Source: Candidatus Fimihabitans intestinipullorum (GTDB lineage Bacteria; Bacillota_I; Bacilli_A; RF39; UBA660). From it: 64,000 nucleotides of DNA. Positions 9,203-17,456 of the stretch are shown piece after piece. The DNA lies in contig DVML01000007.1 in the NCBI GenBank assembly GCA_018714965.1, positions 5,323 to 69,322 on the forward strand, given 5' to 3'. The notes beneath the pieces are model-generated. The model was not told the origin of the DNA. It worked only from the letters and a program-made list of their open reading frames with translations, and did not search any database. The translations under genes and the position numbers were made by a program. The number at the start of each line of letters is the position of its first letter. The stretch's first letter is position 1.

Positions 9203-9225
9203 AACAAGAGTATTCTTGTTTTTTT
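9203..9225 (+). terminator. rho-independent terminator (probably attenuating)
   Basis: AACAAGA-gtat-TCTTGTT hairpin followed by TTTTTTT directly after paralog 1 stop. Confidence 0.6.
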
Positions 9226-9292
9226 GTGCCATAAAACTTGGAAAGGGGAAACGAATATGGTATACTTATATATGTAAAGATGGTGAAATAAT

Positions 9293-10063
9293 ATGAATTT
9301 AAAAAAATATATGAGAGATCTTATCGTACTAGCTTTTATATGCATGTGTATATCTCCTGTGAATGTACTCGCTGTTTGGGCAGGAGCACCACCGACTCCT
9401 ACAACTACGCCGACTCCTGGCACAAGTACGGAAAAGCAAGAGACATACGCAGAATGTCAACAAACACACCAGGGAAATTCTGGTTCTATGTGTCAAAAAG
9501 AAGCACAGGAAGCAGCGAAAGAAATAGAAAACAACAAAAAAATACAAGAAGGTAGTGGGTATGGAGAATGTAAAAAGGATTTGTCATATTTGCCAGAAAA
9601 TTCACAAGCTCTATATTGTGGAAAATATCAGAACACAACAGCTGAAGAATATGAAGAGATGACAGGAAAGAATGAAGCGAAAGCAGAAAATACATCAAAT
9701 AGCGGTCCGTCCTTAGAAGAAACATCATATAATATTCCATCTACGACTTGTGGTGGGTCTATTGAACTTCCTTTAGCACTTGCAACGATAACTTCAAATG
9801 CGGTTAATTTAGGAAAAATTGTTGTCCCAATTATTTTGATTATTATGGGGATGATTGACTTTTTTAAAGCAACAGCGGCAAGTGATGCAGATGCTACTTC
9901 TAAAGCCGGTAAAAAATTGACAAGACGTATTGTTGCGGCAATTGCAGCGATGTTGATCGTAACTTTGGTACAGTTTATCTTTAGTAATTTTGGAACAGCT
10001 ACAGGAAAGACGAGTGTAACGAGTTGTATAGATTGTTTTATTAATGGTAATTGTGGTGTATAA
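9293..10063 (+). CDS. secreted Cys-rich protein fused to a C-terminal VirB2-like two-helix module (paralog 2)
   Basis: Signal peptide (MNLKKYMRDLIVLAFICMCISPVNVLA), Thr/Pro linker, Cys-containing ~130-aa domain, then VPIILIIMGMIDFFKATAASDADATSKAGKKLTRRIVAAIAAMLIVTLV matching the paralog 1/3 motif. Confidence 0.4.
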   Translation: MNLKKYMRDLIVLAFICMCISPVNVLAVWAGAPPTPTTTPTPGTSTEKQETYAECQQTHQGNSGSMCQKEAQEAAKEIENNKKIQEGSGYGECKKDLSYLPENSQALYCGKYQNTTAEEYEEMTGKNEAKAENTSNSGPSLEETSYNIPSTTCGGSIELPLALATITSNAVNLGKIVVPIILIIMGMIDFFKATAASDADATSKAGKKLTRRIVAAIAAMLIVTLVQFIFSNFGTATGKTSVTSCIDCFINGNCGV

Positions 10064-10109
10064 ACTATGGAAAAGTGACAATAAACATATTTATTATTGT
10101 CCTTTTTTG

Positions 10110-10118
10110 TGTTATAAT
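10110..10118 (+). promoter_or_regulatory. possible extended -10 element (TGtTATAAT) upstream of paralog 3
   Basis: TGTTATAAT in intergenic region 10064-10149; no good -35. Confidence 0.3.
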
Positions 10119-10149
10119 GAAATTACTATTATGGGTAAGTGGGGATATT

Positions 10150-10521
10150 ATGAGAAAAAGCAACATTAAGAATAGAATATCAATGTCATTATTTACAGCA
10201 ATGATGTTTTTTGCTGGTAAGACGAACGTATTTGCAGTAGATAAAACATGTGAAGGAATTATGAGTCCTGAGGTGTTAACGTTAATCAAAGACATTTATA
10301 ATACTATTTCAGTTATGATGGTCGTGGCACTTGTCATATTTGGAATATTAGATTTTATTCAAGCAATAGCAGGAGACAAAGATGATGCGTTAAAAAAAGC
10401 TGCTGCCAAGTTTACAAAACGTGCAATTATTGTAATGGTGATAATTTTATTACCAGTGATTCTTGATATGTTGTTAGCTATTTTATGGCCGGATGTATCG
10501 TCATGTTTAGATGATATCTAA
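10150..10521 (+). CDS. VirB2/TrbC-like two-helix small membrane protein, paralog 3
   Basis: Start reassigned to ATG 10150 (RBS AAGTGGGGA, 6-nt spacer; ORF-track start 10051 overlaps previous gene); signal-like N-terminus, then VMMVVALVIFGILDFIQAIAGDKDDALKKAAAKFTKRAIIVMVIILLPVIL. Confidence 0.4.
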   Translation: MRKSNIKNRISMSLFTAMMFFAGKTNVFAVDKTCEGIMSPEVLTLIKDIYNTISVMMVVALVIFGILDFIQAIAGDKDDALKKAAAKFTKRAIIVMVIILLPVILDMLLAILWPDVSSCLDDI

Positions 10522-10538
10522 AAGAGGAGAGTGAAGAA

Positions 10539-12506
10539 ATGATTACATGGATAATTAATATTTTTCTTAGTTTCTTTTTCTTACTAGATCAAATTGTTTA
10601 TGGCTTAATCGAATGTTTGTATCAAATGATACTACAAATTGCTAACATATCTGTTATTAGCCAAGCATCTATGCAAGAATTTGCAAATAGAATTTATGTT
10701 CTAGTGGGAGTTGTAATGTTATTCAAAGTTGCCTTCTCTTTGATTCAATTATTTGCAAATCCTGATAAGATGAGTGATTCAACTATGGGAGCAGGATCGT
10801 TAGTAAAACGTATTATTATATCACTCGTTTTACTCGTTATGGCTCCAACGATATTTCAATTAGCATTCCGTATTCAAGGGACTATTTTGAATGCCGGAAT
10901 TCTAGAAAAAGTAATTTTAGATTCCGATGTTGCACCGGATGGACAAAATCCAATTGATGTAGATTGTTCTTTGGAAGAGAATCAAGCATATCGTGTCTGT
11001 GGTGGAACGACAATTGCGTTTGCTATCTTTAGAGGGTTTGTTACACCGAACGAAAACTTGTATGAAGAAAATGAAAACGGAGAACAAGTATTATCAAGTG
11101 ATTATGCGGATTATGAAGAAAATGTAGAACAATATAATGAAGCGGTAAAAGAGCAAAATATTGGAAAATTATTGGATCCGATTTTGGCTGGAGAATCTGG
11201 GGATCGTCCATTTAATTATAGTTTTTTAATTTCAACGATTGCCGGGGCATTTGCAGCATGGACTTTATTTATGTTCTGTTTTGATGTTGCGATTCGTGCA
11301 GTAAAACTTGCCTTCTTGCAATTACTAGCTCCTGTTCCTATTTTAGCTAGAGTAGAACCAAAAAGTGACAAAATATTTGATAATTGGCTGAAAGAATGTA
11401 TTTCTACTTATTTAGAAGTATTTGTTAGATTGATTGCGCTATATTTTGTCGTATTTATTATTCAAGAGATTAGCGCAAACGGATTATTTAGTTTCTATGA
11501 GTATACTGCCGAAGGAGCAACAAAGCAAGCAGAAGATGTAGGACTTTTAGCAACGGCATTTATCGTATTAGGTTTGTTAATGTTTGCTCAAAAAGCTCCA
11601 AAATTAATTTCTGATATCTTCGGAGTTAAATCTGGTGATTTCACTATGAATCCATTTAAAAAATCTCCAATGATCGGTGGAGCTGTTGGACTAGCTGCTG
11701 GTACTGCAATTGGTGGAATGGCAGCTGCTCAATCGGCCAAAGCAAATGGTAAAAATCCGATTGGTGCAGCGCTGAAAGGAGCTTTAACAGGCGGTGCTAG
11801 GGGTGCAAGCGCAGGATCACGTGAAAAAAGTTTTATGAAGACACTTGGTGCAGCCGGAGATGCTTCTACTAGGTATGCACGAAAGATACCGAATAACACA
11901 GAGAATTCAACGCCTGGAGGAAAAATGTTGGCGGTTGCCCAACGAATGGGATTTATGAAGACGGCTGGACAAAGAGATAAGGAAAAGGTTGATTCATACA
12001 ACCGATATAATAAATCGGCAAAAGCATTTAAGGATCGTGCAAAATCTCAAGCAATGAAGAAAAAGGATACAGAGGTAACAATTTCAAAAGGTGCTTTAGC
12101 CGGAACGAGTTGGACGAGGTATGGATTAGAGGCTGAGTTAGATCTTGCGAAGAAAACTGGAAATACAACCGATATTGAAGCGGTAAGTATGGCTCTTGAT
12201 GACTGGGACAAACAAAAAGCGGATGATATCGCAAAAGACTGGGAGCATCAATATAAAACTAATGGATTACAAGTGGATGATGCTGAAGCATTGCAATACT
12301 TAACAGAAATGACAAACGAAGTTAATGATAATCAATCTTATTATGATGGCATTTTTGATGCTAGTAAGAGTGTGGATGACAATTCTAAAGCAGTTGCTAA
12401 AGCTAATGCTGAATTTCAAGATTCTGAAGAATTTAAACGTAATCGAGATAATGATCAATATGCTGAGAGCGCTGTCGGACCTATGTTCCAGACAAAAGGA
12501 AAATAG
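10539..12506 (+). CDS. VirB6/TrbL/PrgH-like polytopic T4SS channel protein
   Basis: 655 aa with multiple TM helices, central extracytoplasmic loop, Gly/Ala/Lys-rich cytoplasmic C-terminal region; sits immediately before VirB3-like and VirB4-like genes as in prgH-prgI-prgJ. Confidence 0.45.
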   Translation: MITWIINIFLSFFFLLDQIVYGLIECLYQMILQIANISVISQASMQEFANRIYVLVGVVMLFKVAFSLIQLFANPDKMSDSTMGAGSLVKRIIISLVLLVMAPTIFQLAFRIQGTILNAGILEKVILDSDVAPDGQNPIDVDCSLEENQAYRVCGGTTIAFAIFRGFVTPNENLYEENENGEQVLSSDYADYEENVEQYNEAVKEQNIGKLLDPILAGESGDRPFNYSFLISTIAGAFAAWTLFMFCFDVAIRAVKLAFLQLLAPVPILARVEPKSDKIFDNWLKECISTYLEVFVRLIALYFVVFIIQEISANGLFSFYEYTAEGATKQAEDVGLLATAFIVLGLLMFAQKAPKLISDIFGVKSGDFTMNPFKKSPMIGGAVGLAAGTAIGGMAAAQSAKANGKNPIGAALKGALTGGARGASAGSREKSFMKTLGAAGDASTRYARKIPNNTENSTPGGKMLAVAQRMGFMKTAGQRDKEKVDSYNRYNKSAKAFKDRAKSQAMKKKDTEVTISKGALAGTSWTRYGLEAELDLAKKTGNTTDIEAVSMALDDWDKQKADDIAKDWEHQYKTNGLQVDDAEALQYLTEMTNEVNDNQSYYDGIFDASKSVDDNSKAVAKANAEFQDSEEFKRNRDNDQYAESAVGPMFQTKGK

Positions 12507-12526
12507 AAAAAGGGGGTTAAAAGGAT

Positions 12527-12841
12527 ATGAATGGATTTTTAATACCAGCAAACTCAAAGAAATCATTGTATATTTTTGGACTATTTACAACCAACGAGCT
12601 GATTATGTTTGCTGCTGGAGTGGGATTGACGTTGATTTTCTTAATTGCATTCCCGCTCAATAATATATGGTTCTCGATCTTGGCATTGATGCCAGGCTTA
12701 ATCACTGGTCTATTGGTACTTCCAGTACCTCATTATCACAATGTTATGACTTTTTTAAAGGAAATGTATTTATTTTATACAGAACGTCAAAAATTTGTTT
12801 GGAAAGGATGGTGTTTCTTAGATGGCAGCGACAAAGAGTAA
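12527..12841 (+). CDS. VirB3/PrgI/TcpE-like small two-TM protein
   Basis: 104 aa, two hydrophobic helices, directly upstream of the VirB4-like ATPase; RBS AAAGGGGG. Confidence 0.45.
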   Translation: MNGFLIPANSKKSLYIFGLFTTNELIMFAAGVGLTLIFLIAFPLNNIWFSILALMPGLITGLLVLPVPHYHNVMTFLKEMYLFYTERQKFVWKGWCFLDGSDKE

Positions 12842-13367
12842 ATATACAGAGGAAAGTTTTGTTCCTGTTAAAAATATTACAAATGGAATGATTATTCTAG
12901 ATAATAACGAAAAAGTAACAGGTGTTAAAATAATGCCTCGTAATATTTTTATTCTGGAGTATGATATGCAATCAGCAATTATCAATAATCTAAAGAACGT
13001 TTATAATATGATCGATTATGAATTTTGGATCATTGCAGCAGACCGTCCGGTCGATATCAATGTATATTTATCACAATTACAACTTTTATATAATTCCATT
13101 CAAAGTCCAATCAAAAGAAAGTTGATTATCGAGGATATTAATAAAGCAAATAGTTTCATGAACAATAACATTGTAGATACAGAGTATTTCTTATTGTTTA
13201 GAGAACGTGATGATGATAAAATTCAAAAGAGAATTCGTACTTTGATTACACAGTTTGGAAATGCAGGATTATCTTCACATCAAACGACAAATGAGGATTT
13301 GAGAATTATTTTGGATAACTTCTTAAATGGTGGAGTTACAACGACGTTTGGGACGGTGATGTCATAA
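12822..13367 (+). CDS. 181-aa soluble protein translationally coupled to VirB4-like ATPase; either the separately encoded VirB4 N-terminal part or an accessory transfer protein
   Basis: Stop TAA overlaps downstream ATG (TAATG); combined length 181+594=775 aa matches a full-size VirB4. Confidence 0.4.
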   Translation: MAATKSKYTEESFVPVKNITNGMIILDNNEKVTGVKIMPRNIFILEYDMQSAIINNLKNVYNMIDYEFWIIAADRPVDINVYLSQLQLLYNSIQSPIKRKLIIEDINKANSFMNNNIVDTEYFLLFRERDDDKIQKRIRTLITQFGNAGLSSHQTTNEDLRIILDNFLNGGVTTTFGTVMS

Positions 13368-15151
13368 TGAATATTAAGAGTCAATTAGCGCCAAAAGGAT
13401 TAGAATTTAAACCAAGTGAATTTATCATCAGTGATAAGTATGCTACGATTATGACCGTGATTTCTTATCCGAAATTTATTAACCCGGGATTTTTAGCAAA
13501 CTTAACAAGTTTATCCGGAATTAAGGTAGTTATTAAACATATTCCTATGCCATTTAGTGTCATTAGTAAGATGCTAAATAAAGAGATTGCTGATTTGAAA
13601 CAGCGATATCAAGAGGAAAATGATAAGACGATTCAGGAGAGAATTCGTCAGGATTATGAATCATTAGAAGTTTTTATTCAGATGCTTGCATCAAGTCAGT
13701 CCAAGATTTATGACTTTCAATTACACATTATGATAACTGCCAATTCTGAAGAAGAGTTGATTGCGAAAAAGTTACAAGTTAGAAGTTATTTGGAAGCGAT
13801 GGAGTTACGTGCAGTACCACTTCGATTTGAACAAGAAAAAGTATTAAAATCTATTTTACCTATTTATCCAAAACAAGATATAGAAGATCGAATTGGGACT
13901 CCGATTCCATCTCCAACGATTGCTGCGATGTACCCATTTATTTTTGATAGTATTAAAGACCCAGGATTGTCAACATTACTTGGAGTTGATTTCTCAGGTG
14001 GAGTTATTCTGTTTAATCAGTTTTTATATCAAATCAAAAAAGAACATAATCGTAATAATGCAAATATGATTATTTTAGGTACTTCTGGTAGTGGTAAATC
14101 AACAGCAGCTAAAGTAATGTTACGTAGTCACTTTAGAAATAATAGTCAAGTCATTATGATAGACCCTGAAGGCGAATTAGAGGAAATGGCAAGATTATAT
14201 GGTGGAGATTTCATCGACCTTGGAAAAGGTGGAGAATATGGAATGATCAATCCACTAGAAATTGTTATGGATGCGGATGAAGATGAGATTAAACAGGGAT
14301 TGGGATATACTGTATTAACAAGAACACTCCAAACTTTAAAGGCATTCATTAAATATTACGATCCAAGTATTACAGAGGACGTTATTACTTTATTTAGTGA
14401 GGTTGTACAAGAAACATATAAGCGATTTGGAATTGATTTCAATACAGATTTTTCTAGATATACATCAAAAGATTATCCTATCTTTAAAGATGTATATGCC
14501 ACGATTTATGGAAAATTGAAGTCAATGCCTGAAAAAACACATGAACGTGACATTCTTGAACAATTGGAATTAAAGATTAGACCAATCGTTAAGGAATTAC
14601 GTTATTATTTCGATGGGCATACGACAATTAAGCCAAAGAGTGAGTTTATCGTATTTAATATTAAGGAATTGATGAATGCGGATGTGAATATTCGTAATGC
14701 GTTATTCTTTAATATCTTGAAATACGCATGGGGAATGACGTTAAATAAAAGCGTTAATACGATATTATCCGTGGATGAGGCTCATGTATTGTTAAGCGGA
14801 AATAATACATTAGGTGCTGATTTCTTGGCGCAAATTCAAAGACGTGCGCGTAAGTATAACACGGGAACAATTATTATTACACAACAACCGAGTGATTTTA
14901 GTGATAATGCAGTTATCACGCAGGGAAAAGCGATTTTTGATAACGCTTCTTACTACTTAGTTATGGGACTAAAAAAACAAGCAGTAGAAGATTTGGCTCG
15001 TTTAATCGATTTGAACGACAACGAGAAAGAGAGTATTAAAGGTTATAATCAGGGAGAAGCATTATTTGTATGTGGTAGTCGTCGTATGCAAATCAATGTT
15101 ATCGTATCAGAACAAGAATTAGATTCATTTGGTTCAGGAGGAGGATTATAA
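13367..15151 (+). CDS. VirB4/PrgJ/TcpF-family conjugative ATPase
   Basis: Walker A GTSGSGKST, downstream VDEAH Walker B-like motif, N-terminal motif resembling the N-terminal signature of Gram-positive VirB4 homologs; 594 aa. Confidence 0.8.
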   Translation: MNIKSQLAPKGLEFKPSEFIISDKYATIMTVISYPKFINPGFLANLTSLSGIKVVIKHIPMPFSVISKMLNKEIADLKQRYQEENDKTIQERIRQDYESLEVFIQMLASSQSKIYDFQLHIMITANSEEELIAKKLQVRSYLEAMELRAVPLRFEQEKVLKSILPIYPKQDIEDRIGTPIPSPTIAAMYPFIFDSIKDPGLSTLLGVDFSGGVILFNQFLYQIKKEHNRNNANMIILGTSGSGKSTAAKVMLRSHFRNNSQVIMIDPEGELEEMARLYGGDFIDLGKGGEYGMINPLEIVMDADEDEIKQGLGYTVLTRTLQTLKAFIKYYDPSITEDVITLFSEVVQETYKRFGIDFNTDFSRYTSKDYPIFKDVYATIYGKLKSMPEKTHERDILEQLELKIRPIVKELRYYFDGHTTIKPKSEFIVFNIKELMNADVNIRNALFFNILKYAWGMTLNKSVNTILSVDEAHVLLSGNNTLGADFLAQIQRRARKYNTGTIIITQQPSDFSDNAVITQGKAIFDNASYYLVMGLKKQAVEDLARLIDLNDNEKESIKGYNQGEALFVCGSRRMQINVIVSEQELDSFGSGGGL

Positions 15152-15177
15152 TCACACATTAGTATGGTGGTGATGAC

Positions 15178-17004
15178 ATGCATTTTTTAGCCGGATTGGG
15201 AAAGAAATTATTAGTTGACAAGGCAAAAAAGAAAATTGCTGGTAAAGCGAGAGGCGATTTGCCAACACTTAAGGCCCCTTTACTTATGATTGGTGGATTA
15301 CTTGCAGGATTAGGATTGTTTCCAATAATCCTAATCCTTTTAATGGTGGCTGTGGTATGTTATGTCATATTTGCCCCAATTGAAGGTGCTGTCAATTTCG
15401 TAAAAGGAATAGCAAATGCAGTTGGAGATTTTTTCCAAAGCGTTGGGAACTTCTTTGTTTATGGAAGTTTTGCTAATGACAAGACAACTTACTATAATGA
15501 ATTAAAGAAACATTATGATCATTGGAAAGGCGAGGGAGTTATCTTAGATGTAGCATGGATTGCTTCGGCTACTAATTATGCTAGATTAGCGGATTTAAAT
15601 GACAGTGGTGAATGTACGCCTGAAGTTGATGCTGATGGAAATGTAACTCAATGTGGAGAAGAAACAGACTATGGACAGATGACTGGAGAAGTCAAAGAAT
15701 TAGTCGAAGGAATGGTAACTTCTGCTGATGGCAGGTCGCTTCGAAAATCCGATGATGAATATAAGGCTTGGATGTTAGATGAAAATTCTGGAAAATCATG
15801 GATCGAAAGGCATATGGAACAAGTAGATGCAGATATTCCATCAAATCCAGAGAAGAAAAAAGATTTCTTAGAAGATGCTGTAGAGCAAATTTTTCAGATG
15901 AAAGAAGCTTATAATGAAATTGCTCAAATGATGAAAACATCATCAACATGTGGAAGTTACGAGGAAATAAAATTATGTGATACGAAAAGCCGTGGGTTTA
16001 CTGGAGGTTATGCAAATCAACCTTGGGTAAGTGGAAGTTATCAACATACTTTTTGGAACTGTGATAAAGGAACATGTTCTGCAAATACGACACTTCCATT
16101 AGGAAAAAACGAATATGGAACACTAGAAGTTGATGAGCTTGGTTTTACATATATGGAAATAGGTGGAACTAAGTTCTATACGGCTGCAGTTGGATCTTAT
16201 TATTTCGATGATCCATCTGAAGCGATAGGTACGAGATATCGTATTACGACAGATGCTGGAAATGTATATCATATTATTTTAGCCGATGTTCTTGCGGATC
16301 AAGATGCCAAAAAGGGAAATAATGATTCTAGTCCATATTGTTTAACGCAAGCGAATACATTTGGTGATATGTATTTTGATCGTGTATATATGCAAACGCA
16401 TAGTCCTGAAACTTATAATTTATTTATGAGTGATGGAACGAACAATCATGACTTCGATGAAAATCATAAATTTAGTGGTACAATTGTTAAAATTGAGAGA
16501 ATGACAGGTTCTTCAGATTGTACAGGAGACTTTGGATTTACTGGTGAAGTAGATGATCCAATTATTGAGGATTCTGCAGTTTCCAAAGATTATTCTTTAT
16601 TTAGTGGAAATGGAAATCCATTTGAAGTACCTCAGTGTACATGGTTTGCGTGGGCAAGATTTTATCAAGTCTATGGATATGACAGTGGTGCACGTGGTAA
16701 TGGTGAAGCAAATGCGAGAGAGATTGTAGCAGCAAATCCTGGCAAATTCCAAATGAGTGATACTCCGGCTCCAGGAGCAGTGTTTAGTATTCCACCATAT
16801 GGAGGATCAGGAATCACAGAATATGGACACGTAGGATTTATAGAAGCATTTGATGGAGAAAGTATCTGGATTTCAGAGGGTAATGTTAAATTATCTGGAT
16901 ATGGTTCTGGAAATATGTGGTTTCATAAAGAAAATTGGGCGTCTTATAAAGCTCGTTATCCGGGTATTGAGTTTGCGGTTCCAGTAAATGCAAAGAAAAA
17001 ATAG
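15178..17004 (+). CDS. membrane-anchored cell-wall hydrolase with C-terminal CHAP domain (PrgK/VirB1-like role)
   Basis: N-terminal TM; C-terminal CTWFAW...GHVGFIE Cys/His arrangement typical of CHAP amidase/peptidase domains; ~300-aa central Cys-containing domain of unknown type. Confidence 0.65.
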   Translation: MHFLAGLGKKLLVDKAKKKIAGKARGDLPTLKAPLLMIGGLLAGLGLFPIILILLMVAVVCYVIFAPIEGAVNFVKGIANAVGDFFQSVGNFFVYGSFANDKTTYYNELKKHYDHWKGEGVILDVAWIASATNYARLADLNDSGECTPEVDADGNVTQCGEETDYGQMTGEVKELVEGMVTSADGRSLRKSDDEYKAWMLDENSGKSWIERHMEQVDADIPSNPEKKKDFLEDAVEQIFQMKEAYNEIAQMMKTSSTCGSYEEIKLCDTKSRGFTGGYANQPWVSGSYQHTFWNCDKGTCSANTTLPLGKNEYGTLEVDELGFTYMEIGGTKFYTAAVGSYYFDDPSEAIGTRYRITTDAGNVYHIILADVLADQDAKKGNNDSSPYCLTQANTFGDMYFDRVYMQTHSPETYNLFMSDGTNNHDFDENHKFSGTIVKIERMTGSSDCTGDFGFTGEVDDPIIEDSAVSKDYSLFSGNGNPFEVPQCTWFAWARFYQVYGYDSGARGNGEANAREIVAANPGKFQMSDTPAPGAVFSIPPYGGSGITEYGHVGFIEAFDGESIWISEGNVKLSGYGSGNMWFHKENWASYKARYPGIEFAVPVNAKKK

Positions 17005-17016
17005 AGGAGGTTTAGC

Positions 17017-17454
17017 ATGGTGAAAAGTTCTAATAAACATACAGGTATGTTAGCCGTAGGATGTATTGTGATATGGGGAGTATTCTTATATTTTACTTTT
17101 CATCAGCCAGTCTCTAAGGATCCTGTTTTTGAAGTCTATTCAAATATCAATAAAGTTTATCAAAATTTTGAAATTGATTATTTATCCTATGTAAAAACCG
17201 CAACAGATTATGAGGGAAATGATTTAAAAGATCACACTCATATTACGTATACGCCTATAGACAATACTAAGTTAGGTACTTATAATGTAGAATATACTTT
17301 GACGGATGATCATAATCGTTCTGTTACGAGGACAGTAAGAATTAAAATTGAAGCGTATCCAGGAGCAAGTAATGTATCAACTGATCCAGGAGCGAGTTAT
17401 ATATCAGAGGAAGAATTAAGAGATAAGATAAATGGAACACAAGGAGGCATGTAG
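17017..17454 (+). CDS. small membrane-anchored protein with Ig-like (DUF5011-like) domain
   Basis: N-terminal TM; GTYNVEYTLTDDHNRSVTRTVRIKI beta-sandwich-like signature. Confidence 0.4.
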   Translation: MVKSSNKHTGMLAVGCIVIWGVFLYFTFHQPVSKDPVFEVYSNINKVYQNFEIDYLSYVKTATDYEGNDLKDHTHITYTPIDNTKLGTYNVEYTLTDDHNRSVTRTVRIKIEAYPGASNVSTDPGASYISEEELRDKINGTQGGM

Positions 17455-17456
17455 AT

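Noticed and set aside
8968-10295. Minus-strand ORFs (8968..9423, 9329..9547, 9486..9740, 9809..10081, 10065..10295) and + ORF 9340..9555 opposite or within the VirB2-like genes
   Set aside because: They are antisense or out-of-frame to well-supported, RBS-preceded + strand genes, with low-complexity composition; treated as artefacts.
12325-12891. ORFs 12325..12663 (+) and 12667..12891 (+)
   Set aside because: They are out-of-frame overlaps with the VirB6-like C-terminus, the VirB3-like gene and the 181-aa gene. There is no independent support.
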